IMG/VR virus record: IMGVR_UViG_2516653058_000003
Span: 8,875-72,874 of that record
Source: a virus
Lineage: Duplodnaviria; Caudoviricetes
DNA length: 64,000 nt
Reading direction: 5' to 3' (one strand)
In this document: one piece after another, positions 28,599 through 39,487 of the stretch
How positions within the stretch are numbered: the stretch's first letter is position 1
How the letters are laid out: each line of letters begins with the position of its first letter
Notes under the pieces: generated by a model
Told to the model about the DNA's origin: nothing
The model's database searches: none
The model's input: the letters and a program-made list of their open reading frames with translations, nothing else
Position numbers and translations under genes: made by a program

Positions 28599-28941
28599 TG
28601 AAGATAGACGGGCACCTAATCCAACTTTTGGTATGAGCGGAGTGGTGGAACAGGATTATAAGAACCCTATGCAGATTCGTCTGTCTTTAAAAGACCTGGC
28701 AGAGATAAGTGTAATTAACGCAGAGATGTTGCAACTGCGACGGTGCTTGGAAGAAGTTTCAAGTCCTGGTGTTAAAAAGGCCACCATATCATTAATTGTT
28801 TACTACGAAAACTCACCATCCAGTAAAGCGTTAGGGGTCCCTGTTTCTGGACACAACATTGTTGCGCTCTTGCACCAACAAATTAACATCCGCAAAGCTG
28901 CGCTGGCCAAGTACGGTATAGATGTGGGAGACCTAACATGA
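28585..28941 (+). CDS. Hypothetical protein
   Basis: 118 aa from MQEFDE, overlapping the upstream stop. Confidence 0.6.
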   Translation: MQEFDEDRRAPNPTFGMSGVVEQDYKNPMQIRLSLKDLAEISVINAEMLQLRRCLEEVSSPGVKKATISLIVYYENSPSSKALGVPVSGHNIVALLHQQINIRKAALAKYGIDVGDLT

Positions 28942-29169
28942 CAAAAATTGTAGTAGTTGTGGAAGGGGGTGTAGTCCAGGGGGGTGTTGTCAGATAGCGA
29001 CAACGTCACCGTATTTGTACAGGACTATGACACCGAAGATTGTAATGACAGGGATGGGTTTCTTATAGACCACCCTGGCGGCAGTTTCATATTCGGAACT
29101 CGAAAAGTAGAGGTAAACCCTGACCGAGTGAATTATCTTCACCACGCTTTATTAAGCGAATTAATGTAA
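28938..29169 (+). pseudogene. Frameshifted small phage protein (MTKIVVVVEGGVVQ|GVLSD…)
   Basis: One extra G in the G6 run at 28979-28984 splits an otherwise continuous ORF. Confidence 0.65.
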
Positions 29170-29174
29170 TCAAA

Positions 29175-29192
29175 ACCCCTCAGCACAGGGGT
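29175..29192 (+). promoter_or_regulatory. CAGCAC-loop hairpin element
   Basis: ACCCCT-CAGCAC-AGGGGT; ACCGGAGAC at 29207. Confidence 0.8.
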
Positions 29193-29221
29193 AGCACACA
29201 ACCAAAACCGGAGACAAAACC

Positions 29222-30061
29222 ATGAAAAGATACGCACGCTCAATGAAGGTGACCAGCTCACTCCAATCAATACACCCCATCACCGACGACCCGATCATGA
29301 AATACGCCCCCAGTATCTTGGCGGCTGATAAGCATGAGTCCCGTTCTAAGGGGTACACCTATGTGCCTACCATCCAGGTCATAGACAGGTTACGTAAAGA
29401 AGGCTTCCAGCCGTTCTATGTGGCGCAGTCCGGGACACGGGATGAAACCCGTACCGATTTTACCCGCCACATCGTCCGCTTACGCCATGCCGACCATATC
29501 GGCAAGACAGACGTCAATGAGGTTGTCCTCTTAAACTCCCATGACGGTACAAGCTCCTACCAAATGATGGCCGGCGTCCTGAATTTCGTCTGCGCCAACG
29601 GCCTGTTTATCGGGGATCTTGTGTCCAATATCCGGGTGCCACACCGTGGCAATATTGTGGAAGGCGTCATTGAAGGTTCCTACACCATTTTGCAGGAGTT
29701 CGAGAAGGTTGACCAAAGCAAGGATGAGATGAAGTCAATAACCTTGTCGGATTACGAGCGCCGGGCATTTGCCAACAGCGCCATGGCCCTCCGCTATGAC
29801 CAAGGGGACGAACCGTTCGAACCCAGTCTCCTGCTATCAACCCGCCGGATGGCGCAACGCGAACCATCCCTGTGGAACACCTTTAACGTGGTGCAGGAAA
29901 GCCTGATCCGTGGCGGGGTGCCAGCCAAAACCAAGGCCGGTAAGCGCACGACCACCCGTGCCATGAACAACATCCCGGAAGCCACAAAGCTGAACCAGGC
30001 CTTGTGGATGTTGGCGGAAAGCATGACTGGCCTGAAACACAAGCAACTGGAGGCGGCATGA
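29222..30061 (+). CDS. DUF932-family protein
   Basis: HESRS..YTYVPT, LLNSHDGTSSYQMMAG, FVCANG, HRGNI, LWNTFNVVQE and LNQALW motifs. Confidence 0.85.
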   Translation: MKRYARSMKVTSSLQSIHPITDDPIMKYAPSILAADKHESRSKGYTYVPTIQVIDRLRKEGFQPFYVAQSGTRDETRTDFTRHIVRLRHADHIGKTDVNEVVLLNSHDGTSSYQMMAGVLNFVCANGLFIGDLVSNIRVPHRGNIVEGVIEGSYTILQEFEKVDQSKDEMKSITLSDYERRAFANSAMALRYDQGDEPFEPSLLLSTRRMAQREPSLWNTFNVVQESLIRGGVPAKTKAGKRTTTRAMNNIPEATKLNQALWMLAESMTGLKHKQLEAA

Positions 30062-30252
30062 CCGTGGAAGTCCTCTACTACCCTTGCATAGAAGATAGGG
30101 TAACAGGCAGGATCATCAAGAAAGTTTCCAGTCGTCCTATGACAAAGGACGAGGCCGAAAACATCTTGAAGACCCAACATTGGGACAAGTGGGTGCGGTG
30201 TGAGGCCATACCGCAGCCGGTGACTATGATCGACAAGATTAGGAGCATGTGA
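30058..30252 (+). CDS. Hypothetical protein
   Basis: GGAGG RBS; coupled start at 30058. Confidence 0.55.
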   Translation: MTVEVLYYPCIEDRVTGRIIKKVSSRPMTKDEAENILKTQHWDKWVRCEAIPQPVTMIDKIRSM

Positions 30253-30499
30253 TGGATATTTTACTGTTTTTGATGGGCGTGACCGCCACCGTGTTTACCG
30301 CCGCCAAAGTGGGTTTCATTGGCTGGGCTTGTTACAAATTTTTTACTAAAGGGGGCAGCAATGGCTGATGAGATCCATGCATTAAAAGAATTATTAGGAG
30401 ACATACATCCCGGAGAGTGGGAAGTTCGATCAGGCCGCCAAAGTGGGGAGCCGATAATCTGCGTTGTTTCGTCAGGGGTTGTAGTAGTGCCATCTACTG

Positions 30500-30700
30500 T
30501 TGCAAGAAAATTACGATGACGAATACATAGCCGAAGCCCAGGGCATCATCAACAAGCTACGGGATGTGGAATCGCAATTTGAATTCACGGTGACGATTTC
30601 AGGTACCGGTACCACACCTGAGGAAGCGTATTTGGCGGCTGTGGAGGCATTATCGGAAGACCCCGGAGAGCCGCAACTGGCTGTGGCCATCTGGGATTAA
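30500..30700 (+). CDS. Small acidic hypothetical protein
   Basis: 66-aa ORF. Confidence 0.45.
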   Translation: MQENYDDEYIAEAQGIINKLRDVESQFEFTVTISGTGTTPEEAYLAAVEALSEDPGEPQLAVAIWD

Positions 30701-30758
30701 TAAACAGCAGAACGACTTTTACATGTTGTTCACACATATATATAAGGTGGAGGTAAAA

Positions 30759-31740
30759 ATGCCAAAAATTGAAAAGCTAACCCCCAGAACAAATGGAGGC
30801 CATGCCTAAATGGGCTGACAAATGGGTACAAATCGGACTTTCAACAGAAAAATCAGACCTAGACGAAGCTATTTTATACGCCCATAAGGCATATGAGTTG
30901 GCAGGGCAACCAAAACCAAAATTATCAATAAAAGTCGATAGCCCTTTGGCTGCACACTACGCGGGGGTTATTGGATATTTAATTATAAGTAACTTCCCTG
31001 ACTCTGTCCAGGACTCTGTCCTGGACTCTGTCCGGGCCTCTGTCCGGGCCTCTGTCCTGGACTCTGTCCCGGCCTCTGTCGGGAGTGATAGCTTACAAAA
31101 GTTATTACAGGACAGTTTTAATAATTACTACCTGTCTAATATCTATTCAGGATTTCCGGCGTTTGCAACGTTTTTCAGGGATATTTGCGGGATTGAGATA
31201 GACAGATTGGATATCCTGGAAAAACTTAGCACTATTCCAGGGTGGACATGGTGGCATTCGGATGTATTCGTTGTGTCACAAAAACCATGCTTATTAAAAC
31301 TTGATAATGAAGGAAGATTGCACTCAGAAAACACTCCAGCGATACAATACCGTGACGGATGGTCATTGTATTATTGGCATGGAGTGACCGTTCCTGAAAA
31401 TTGGATTATGGACAAAGGGAGTATTGATCCAGTGACTGCCTTGACATGGGAGAATGTGGAACAACGCCGGTGCGCCGCTGAAATAATAGGTTGGGATAAA
31501 GTGTTATCACAATTGAACCCAACAGTTATTGATACGGATAGTGATCCCATGATTGGGCAATTGTTGGAGGTGGATTTGCCTGACTCAGGGGCCGAAAAAT
31601 TCTTGAAGGTGCTTTGCGGCACAGGGAGACATTTTTGTTTACCTGTTCCGCCAGAGATGAAAACCGCCATGCAAGCGTCCGCCTGGACATACGGTCTGGA
31701 TGACCAAATCAACAACTATATAGTAGAGGTTAGAACATGA
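30759..31740 (+). pseudogene. DUF6745-type protein, frameshifted near the start
   Basis: GGAGGT RBS and ATG 30759 (MPKIEKLT); C5 run at 30781-30785 shifts away from PEQMEAMPKWADKW. Body has GRLHSENTPAIQYRDGWSLYYWHGV. ORF 30793-31740 could still be made from an internal ATG. Confidence 0.7.
31000..31083 (+). repeat. Seven tandem 12-bp units G(A/C)CTCTGTC(C/G)NG
   Basis: Encodes (D/A)SVx seven times inside the DUF6745-type ORF. Confidence 0.95.
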
Positions 31741-32068
31741 AAACATTTACACAAATGGCAGCCCAAGGCGATTTATTAATTCGTCGAATTTAAAAATTAC
31801 CGGAAGGTTTAACGAAAATTGAACCAAAAGATGGGAAACTGGCCACAATCATGTTATTGCAGATAATCCAAACGTCACCTTATTCACCACAGGCGACCTA
31901 ATGATTAGTTACTTAAAAGTGGTTGAATCGTGCGATTAAGTTGAAACCATACTCGAACACCTACGGACATTTGACACCCACGAAGCCATCCAGATCCCTG
32001 CTGGAGTCTACGAGATCCGCCGCCAACGCGAATACACGCCACAAGGTTGGCGGCGCGTCGAAGATTAA
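31737..32068 (+). pseudogene. Decayed QGD…HSETGH…REY partner protein
   Basis: TAA at 31791 and 31937 and a frame change at GAAACT (31835-31840). Pieces read MKTFTQMAAQGDLLIRRI, TGHNHVI and THEAIQIPAGVYEIRRQREYTPQGWRRVED. Confidence 0.8.
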
Positions 32069-32081
32069 TACCTCTTAACAA

Positions 32082-32111
32082 CCCCAACTTCAACAGCACT
32101 TGAGGTTGGGG
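32082..32111 (+). promoter_or_regulatory. CAGCAC-loop hairpin element
   Basis: CCCCAACTTCAA-CAGCAC-TTGAGGTTGGGG; ACCGGAGAC at 32117. Confidence 0.85.
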
Positions 32112-32130
32112 CACTCACCGGAGACCTACA

Positions 32131-32421
32131 ATGATTACCATAGATGAAACCTGTGCACGCCGCCGGGCGTGGCACGCCGCCGCTAGTATCCCTGTCATTG
32201 ATATGAGTCCACTACACTCGGAAGAGCTGAAGGACTGTTTCATTAACGACATCTGCAACTGTGTCGAAACCGACACCTTTTTTTCCGATTGGTTAGAAGA
32301 GAACTACCCGGACATCGAGTCATTTAACGGTTTCGATGACCTGACAGTTTTACAGGTGTCTGAACTGGTTAGAAGTTCAGCGGAAGAAATCATAACCACA
32401 GTGTTGGAGCTTCCATTATGA
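32131..32421 (+). CDS. Acidic hypothetical protein
   Basis: 96 aa; ACCGGAGAC RBS. Confidence 0.65.
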   Translation: MITIDETCARRRAWHAAASIPVIDMSPLHSEELKDCFINDICNCVETDTFFSDWLEENYPDIESFNGFDDLTVLQVSELVRSSAEEIITTVLELPL

Positions 32422-32506
32422 GCACTCCAACCCCTGCCCAAGCTATCCAAATAGCCAAAACCCGCCGGACGTGTACACCACAGACCCAACTGACATTCAA
32501 GAATAA

Positions 32507-34600
<2,094 letters not shown>

Positions 34601-34622
34601 TATAGAAATAATTTAACCAACA

Positions 34623-34653
34623 GCAACCACCTTTCAGCACAAAAGGTGGTTGC
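34623..34653 (+). promoter_or_regulatory. CAGCAC-loop hairpin element
   Basis: GCAACCACCTTT-CAGCAC-AAAAGGTGGTTGC; ACCGGAGAC at 34660. Confidence 0.85.
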
Positions 34654-34673
34654 CAACATACCGGAGACAACCA

Positions 34674-35342
34674 ATGACCGACGTACAAAGAAACAGCTAT
34701 GGAAGTATTCTTAACCCCCCTCAATTTGTCCAGACTTTGTTAATGGACGCTGAGAGAAAGGGCTGCTGGGAGACAGGTATAGCAGCAGACAAAAAGAATC
34801 GCGGATCCTCTATTAACATAGCAGTGTATGGGTTCAACGAACTTGAACAACTAGCTGTTGTACAGGTCCGAGAATGTCAGTTCCACCCTCGGCGGTTTAA
34901 TAGAGTACGGAAAGATTATTACCTTTTGGGTAGGATAGAAAGTGGGGAGGTGTTTGCACACGCTGTAGATAGCCCATGCCGTTCAAAATTAGCTATGTCC
35001 AACCCACAATACTGTGTCGATTATGTACTATCAAAAATATGGCAGTGTCATATCGACGACATCAAAGACATTATCCGACAAGGAGATGTTGCACTAATCC
35101 CTATCATCAGCATACCCGCCACGGCAACACCTGTAGAAGATGCAGTGGTGATACGAGAAACGCACAAAGTTACAGGGGATGTTTTTAAAGACACTTCTGG
35201 TGTGTTGTATTGTAGACGCGGAGCTAAGATAACACATACCAAAGGAGAACATGCTACGATAAAGGCACGGTCTGGATTTTATCGCATACAACCAGGATAC
35301 CGAGCTAGTGTTTGGGGTTTCTCTACACCTACCCCAGATTGA
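34674..35342 (+). CDS. Hypothetical protein with a C-terminal RQGDV…H…HEH-type domain
   Basis: Start MTDVQR; C-terminal IIRQGDVALIP…ETHKV…GEHATI…GFYRI resembles the decayed gene at 31737. Confidence 0.75.
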   Translation: MTDVQRNSYGSILNPPQFVQTLLMDAERKGCWETGIAADKKNRGSSINIAVYGFNELEQLAVVQVRECQFHPRRFNRVRKDYYLLGRIESGEVFAHAVDSPCRSKLAMSNPQYCVDYVLSKIWQCHIDDIKDIIRQGDVALIPIISIPATATPVEDAVVIRETHKVTGDVFKDTSGVLYCRRGAKITHTKGEHATIKARSGFYRIQPGYRASVWGFSTPTPD

Positions 35343-35355
35343 TAGAGGTATGGCC

Positions 35356-35730
35356 ATGTTTACCACATTAACCACAAACAAAGTGTTTGTGTATTGGAAC
35401 TTACACAAACAGCTCTGGTCCGTCCGTGACCAGACTACCCGCAAAGTCACCGCCCACTTGACCTTTTTCTGTTTAGCCAACTGCCAGTTCGTCGTCAACG
35501 AAAAAGGCCGCCAGCGCGTCATACGTACCGGACATAAGAATGTCCATGCCGGTGTTACTGGGTATTTTGTAGACTGCACCCCTGTAACAAACCGCCCCTG
35601 GGGGTGTGACCGTGTCACTTACAACCCACAAACCCACACTTCCTTTAAACGAGGAGGGGTGCCAATCCAAGAATCCAACTACACCCTATTCCTGCCTAAC
35701 AAGCAGGTATTGGCTGTTGACTGCCTTTAG
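35356..35730 (+). CDS. Conserved-looking phage hypothetical protein
   Basis: VFVYWNLHKQLWSV…GRQRV…KNVHAGV…YNP motifs. Confidence 0.7.
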   Translation: MFTTLTTNKVFVYWNLHKQLWSVRDQTTRKVTAHLTFFCLANCQFVVNEKGRQRVIRTGHKNVHAGVTGYFVDCTPVTNRPWGCDRVTYNPQTHTSFKRGGVPIQESNYTLFLPNKQVLAVDCL

Positions 35731-35874
35731 AAGGAGATTTTATGGGCGCACCACACCCTCAATGCCTTTGACGTGTACCCAAACCTGAACCATCCCAATC
35801 GGCACAAGTATGCGCAAGAACCTGTCACTTTACCGTCTAAGTCCGAAGTTTTAATCGAAGAACAGTAACCCCAT

Positions 35875-35906
35875 GGTCACCATTTTTCAGCACAAAAATG
35901 GTGGCC
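35875..35906 (+). promoter_or_regulatory. CAGCAC-loop hairpin element
   Basis: GGTCACCATTTTT-CAGCAC-AAAAATGGTGGCC; ACCGGAGAC at 35913. Confidence 0.85.
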
Positions 35907-35927
35907 AATCTAACCGGAGACATACCT

Positions 35928-37556
35928 ATGACAATATCCCAACTGATTACCGACGAAGTCGAGCAATTTTTCGCCCCTGTATCAACTGACGCAATCAATG
36001 CGCTAATTAGCAAGTACCAACGAGACCGAGTTCAACTTGAATCGGTTTCTAATATAGTTCTGGATGGTCTCAGCTCAGTATTCCACTACTTCACGAGTGG
36101 CAACCTCAAAGGAGAACGATATATCAGCGTAGCTCCATCCACATTGTTTAATCCTGTTGGCGCAGTGGCATCCCTTAATTCGGCTTATTGGTCACAAGCA
36201 TTAGCTTTGACTGATGTGTTGGATTTCATGCCACAAAAACGTAGGGAGGAGTGGAATACACAAATCCACGAAATGACCACGCCGGATTTTGTTGAAGATA
36301 CGGTGCGTGCCACCCTCATGGATTTAATTTTAATGCGGTCCCAGTTCTTTTCCGAGCGGGTTGACGGGGTGTTCCGGGCATTGTCGAAAAGTCACGTAAC
36401 CAACACCCCGGAAGGGTTCAACAAACGGATGATTATTGAAAACGTCATCAGCTCTTACGGCACGGTCGAGTATAACAAAGCCGGATACATTCACGATCTC
36501 CGTTGTATTGTGGCGAAGTTTATGGGTCTGGAAGACCCGTCCGGCCATATCACCGGTAGGCTGATTGACCGGATAAAGAACACCCCTGGCGAATGGGTAG
36601 AGCTTGATGGAGGTGCTTTGAGAATCAAAGTATTCAAGAAAGGCACAGCACATTTGGAAGTCCACCCTGACATGGCGTGGCGATTGAATGCGGTTCTGGC
36701 CAGCCTCTACCCCGCTGCTATCCCATCTAAATTCCGCACCAAGCCGGAATCCAGACCTAAAGAGTATCGCCTTATCCAGCAGCCAATATCGACTGACGTA
36801 CGGGAGATGTTATATGAAGGGACTTATTTCGATGAATCCAACTACCAACGTGTCGGCTCGGATCATCAGAAATACCTTAAAAGAATTCACTCATTTTGTT
36901 TTAAATACACATCCAAAGAACACCCAACCACACTGTCTGCAGCAAAAGCTGCTTTAGAAGCTATTGGTGGTGTTGTGCAAAGCAACGGCGAAATTTGGTT
37001 CGACTACAACGCCAGAGACATTATCCAAGAAATTATCATCCGTGGTTGTTTACCGGACGACAAGTCACATCAATTCTACCCTACCCCTAAGTGGTTGGCA
37101 GAACGTTTGGTGGATATGGCGGAGCTGGAACCGGATATGAAGTGTCTGGAGCCTGAAGCTGGCCTGGGGGCGATTGCTGACGTGATCGCCGAGCGTATCC
37201 CCAACGACAAAGTAGACTGTGTGGAAATATCGGAGCTGCGTTGCGAAGTGCTGAAGGCCAAAGGGTATATGACGTTGTGCAAAGACTTTTTGACCATGAA
37301 ATATGACCATAGATTGTTTAAACCTTGGCCGCGAATCATCATGAACCCTCCGTTCAGTGAAGGACGTGCTTTAGCACATGTTAAGCACGCCTCGACTTGG
37401 CTGACTGAGGATGGCATCCTGGTTGCCATTATGCCTGCAAGTTACATTGGCAAAGATATTCTGCCGGGATTCCATATCACATGGTCTGAACGCATCGACA
37501 ACGCCTTTGACGGAGCTGGCGTGTCAGTAGCCTTAATGAAAGCAGTAAAGAAGTAA
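35928..37556 (+). CDS. DUF4942-type DNA methyltransferase (amino-methyltransferase)
   Basis: C-terminal FYPTP, LEPEAGLGAIA (SAM-binding) and IIMNPPF (catalytic); N-terminal DUF4942-like region (KGTAHLEVHPDMAWRLN). Confidence 0.85.
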   Translation: MTISQLITDEVEQFFAPVSTDAINALISKYQRDRVQLESVSNIVLDGLSSVFHYFTSGNLKGERYISVAPSTLFNPVGAVASLNSAYWSQALALTDVLDFMPQKRREEWNTQIHEMTTPDFVEDTVRATLMDLILMRSQFFSERVDGVFRALSKSHVTNTPEGFNKRMIIENVISSYGTVEYNKAGYIHDLRCIVAKFMGLEDPSGHITGRLIDRIKNTPGEWVELDGGALRIKVFKKGTAHLEVHPDMAWRLNAVLASLYPAAIPSKFRTKPESRPKEYRLIQQPISTDVREMLYEGTYFDESNYQRVGSDHQKYLKRIHSFCFKYTSKEHPTTLSAAKAALEAIGGVVQSNGEIWFDYNARDIIQEIIIRGCLPDDKSHQFYPTPKWLAERLVDMAELEPDMKCLEPEAGLGAIADVIAERIPNDKVDCVEISELRCEVLKAKGYMTLCKDFLTMKYDHRLFKPWPRIIMNPPFSEGRALAHVKHASTWLTEDGILVAIMPASYIGKDILPGFHITWSERIDNAFDGAGVSVALMKAVKK

Positions 37557-37562
37557 ACCCAC

Positions 37563-37586
37563 ACCAACCCTCAGCACAGGGTTGGT
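37563..37586 (+). promoter_or_regulatory. CAGCAC-loop hairpin element
   Basis: ACCAACCCT-CAGCAC-AGGGTTGGT; ACCGGAGAC at 37596. Confidence 0.85.
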
Positions 37587-37612
37587 AACCACCCCACCGG
37601 AGACCCACAACA

Positions 37613-38308
37613 ATGTCGTATCTATTGTACGAAGGCCCATCCATGCTTGATGGAAAGCCCATCTTCATGGTTCTCACCGGGACGGAGCAACCGTCCCGCA
37701 ACTCCAAAACTGGCCCCATGTTACAGACGTGGATATTGAGGTCAGATGTTAACCCTTTAGATGCAATGCGCTTCAACGAAGACGTTTCTATCTGTGGCAA
37801 TTGCCCGTTACGAGGGAGTGAAGGCAAAGGGCGGTCATGTTACGTCACCGTCGCCCGCGCACCGTATCAAATATACAAATCCAAACCCAACCTGAAGAAA
37901 ATCAAAAAGCACATATTCAAAAACCGGGCGGTTCGCCTTGGAGCGTATGGTGACCCGGCGGCGATTCCTACTGAGGTGATTGCCGATATTCGCAAACGCG
38001 CCATCATGACCACTGGCTACACTCACCAGTGGCGGACTTGTGACCAAGACCTTAAGCAGTTTATGATGGCCTCCTGTGACAGTGAGCAGGATCGGGAAGA
38101 AGCTAAGGCTTTAGGGTGGGCGACTTTACGTGTTAAAAAAGCTGACGACTCAAAACTGCCCGGAGAAGTTACCTGCCCGGCTTCTGAGGAAGCCGGTAAG
38201 AAAATGACCTGCTATAACTGTGGCCTGTGCCGTGGCGGCGATACTTCGGATGTCGTTATCAATGTGCATGGGGTGGGATTTAGAAATTTCGGGAGGGTGT
38301 ATGGGTGA
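37613..38308 (+). CDS. Cys-rich conserved phage protein (possible Fe-S/Zn enzyme)
   Basis: NSKTG, CGNCP…CYV, VRLGAYGDP, GYTHQW, MASCD and CPA…TCYNCGLC motifs. Confidence 0.7.
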   Translation: MSYLLYEGPSMLDGKPIFMVLTGTEQPSRNSKTGPMLQTWILRSDVNPLDAMRFNEDVSICGNCPLRGSEGKGRSCYVTVARAPYQIYKSKPNLKKIKKHIFKNRAVRLGAYGDPAAIPTEVIADIRKRAIMTTGYTHQWRTCDQDLKQFMMASCDSEQDREEAKALGWATLRVKKADDSKLPGEVTCPASEEAGKKMTCYNCGLCRGGDTSDVVINVHGVGFRNFGRVYG

Positions 38309-38708
38309 AGATTCTGGAGAACAAGATGTGTTACTTTTGTTAACACAAACGTATGACCAAGAACGTATACGTGACTTGAACATATTGCCTAAACTTATGC
38401 CGGGCTTGGTGAGAGCTTCGGCAATTATAGGGGAACTACCGATAGGGTACATCCGCCGATACTTGAAGCTAATCGATGCACCTGTCGGTAACAAAAAAGT
38501 GATTATGGTAGAAGCCTGGGGCTGGTTATACAACAACCAGCACGAGTTGCCTTATACGGTGGCTCCAGTGGATATGGGTTTGGTTGCGGAATGGTTTCCA
38601 CAAACGTCCTTTGCAACGTGTAATGAATTATCTAAACTTGATGTGTCACAAGTGTTATTAAAACCTAGACCCACCAAACCTTGGTGGCGTAGAAACCAAA
38701 GGTGGTAA
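38301..38708 (+). CDS. Hypothetical protein
   Basis: GGAGG RBS; overlaps the upstream stop. Confidence 0.55.
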   Translation: MGEDSGEQDVLLLLTQTYDQERIRDLNILPKLMPGLVRASAIIGELPIGYIRRYLKLIDAPVGNKKVIMVEAWGWLYNNQHELPYTVAPVDMGLVAEWFPQTSFATCNELSKLDVSQVLLKPRPTKPWWRRNQRW

Positions 38709-38712
38709 ATAT

Positions 38713-39018
38713 ATGAAAGCAACCTTAACCGTCATCACAACAACAATGATAGAAGTAACCGTTGACGACAACATCTTTACTCCGGCAGAGTTGAATGAGT
38801 TTGAGCAGAATATGTTTGCCTTAGATTCCCACGCCACCCGCGAACATAGCCTACTGTCTTACATAGGAATTCAAATAGCTATTTCTGAAGGTACTATAGA
38901 AGATATTGAATGTGTGGGAAAAGCTACCCGTAAAGCTTTGGTGCGGGAATTTAACCCGGTAGTCCGTTTTGACATAATAGACACCGATCATGAAGTTGAA
39001 ATTAGCGAGGAGACTTGA
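38713..39018 (+). CDS. Acidic hypothetical protein
   Basis: 101-aa ORF in the operon. Confidence 0.6.
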   Translation: MKATLTVITTTMIEVTVDDNIFTPAELNEFEQNMFALDSHATREHSLLSYIGIQIAISEGTIEDIECVGKATRKALVREFNPVVRFDIIDTDHEVEISEET

Positions 39019-39329
39019 TGGCCAAAATCATACCCCTTTTTCCAAACCGACCGCCTGACGATAAAACCCAGCCGTCAGGGAATCCCAGAACCTACACCCT
39101 GGAGCAACTTTCAAAAGGCATCGGCATCGCGCTCCTGGTCACCAAAGACACCCTGGCCGCCCGGTTTTTGTTGGGTAAATTCAACCATGCTGTAAACTCC
39201 AGCCATTATGACATTGAGTTTACATATCAGGAGGTTATACAGTACGCGGATTATCTGGACCCGGACAAGTCTCGACGGTACAACGAGTTGGCCATACAAT
39301 TACTTCATGCGTACTATTCCACTCCCTGA
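39018..39329 (+). CDS. Hypothetical protein
   Basis: GAGGA RBS; coupled start. Confidence 0.6.
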   Translation: MAKIIPLFPNRPPDDKTQPSGNPRTYTLEQLSKGIGIALLVTKDTLAARFLLGKFNHAVNSSHYDIEFTYQEVIQYADYLDPDKSRRYNELAIQLLHAYYSTP

Positions 39330-39347
39330 GTTTTTAAAGTAATCTAT

Positions 39348-39378
39348 TGATCCCCGGTGCAGCACACACTGGGGATCA
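39348..39378 (+). promoter_or_regulatory. CAGCAC-loop hairpin element
   Basis: TGATCCCCGGTG-CAGCAC-A-CACTGGGGATCA; ACCGGAGAC at 39382. Confidence 0.85.
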
Positions 39379-39487
39379 CATACCGGAGACGAACATGACA
39401 CACCCATCAGCCCAGCTATGGGCAATAAGTCCTTATTGCCTTTCAAATCTCCAAACATGGACACCTAGAATTTTTAAGGGGTAGGCT

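Noticed and set aside
31000-31083. Diversity-generating retroelement target
   Set aside because: No reverse transcriptase or template repeat in the window, and variation is not adenine-specific.
27286-31939. Stop-codon reassignment (TAA read-through)
   Set aside because: TAA terminates many clear genes in the window, and the same region also has frameshifts.
35742-35868. Another frameshifted small ORF after AAGGAG
   Set aside because: A +1 frame runs to TAA 35866, but I recognise no homologue to support joining the frames.
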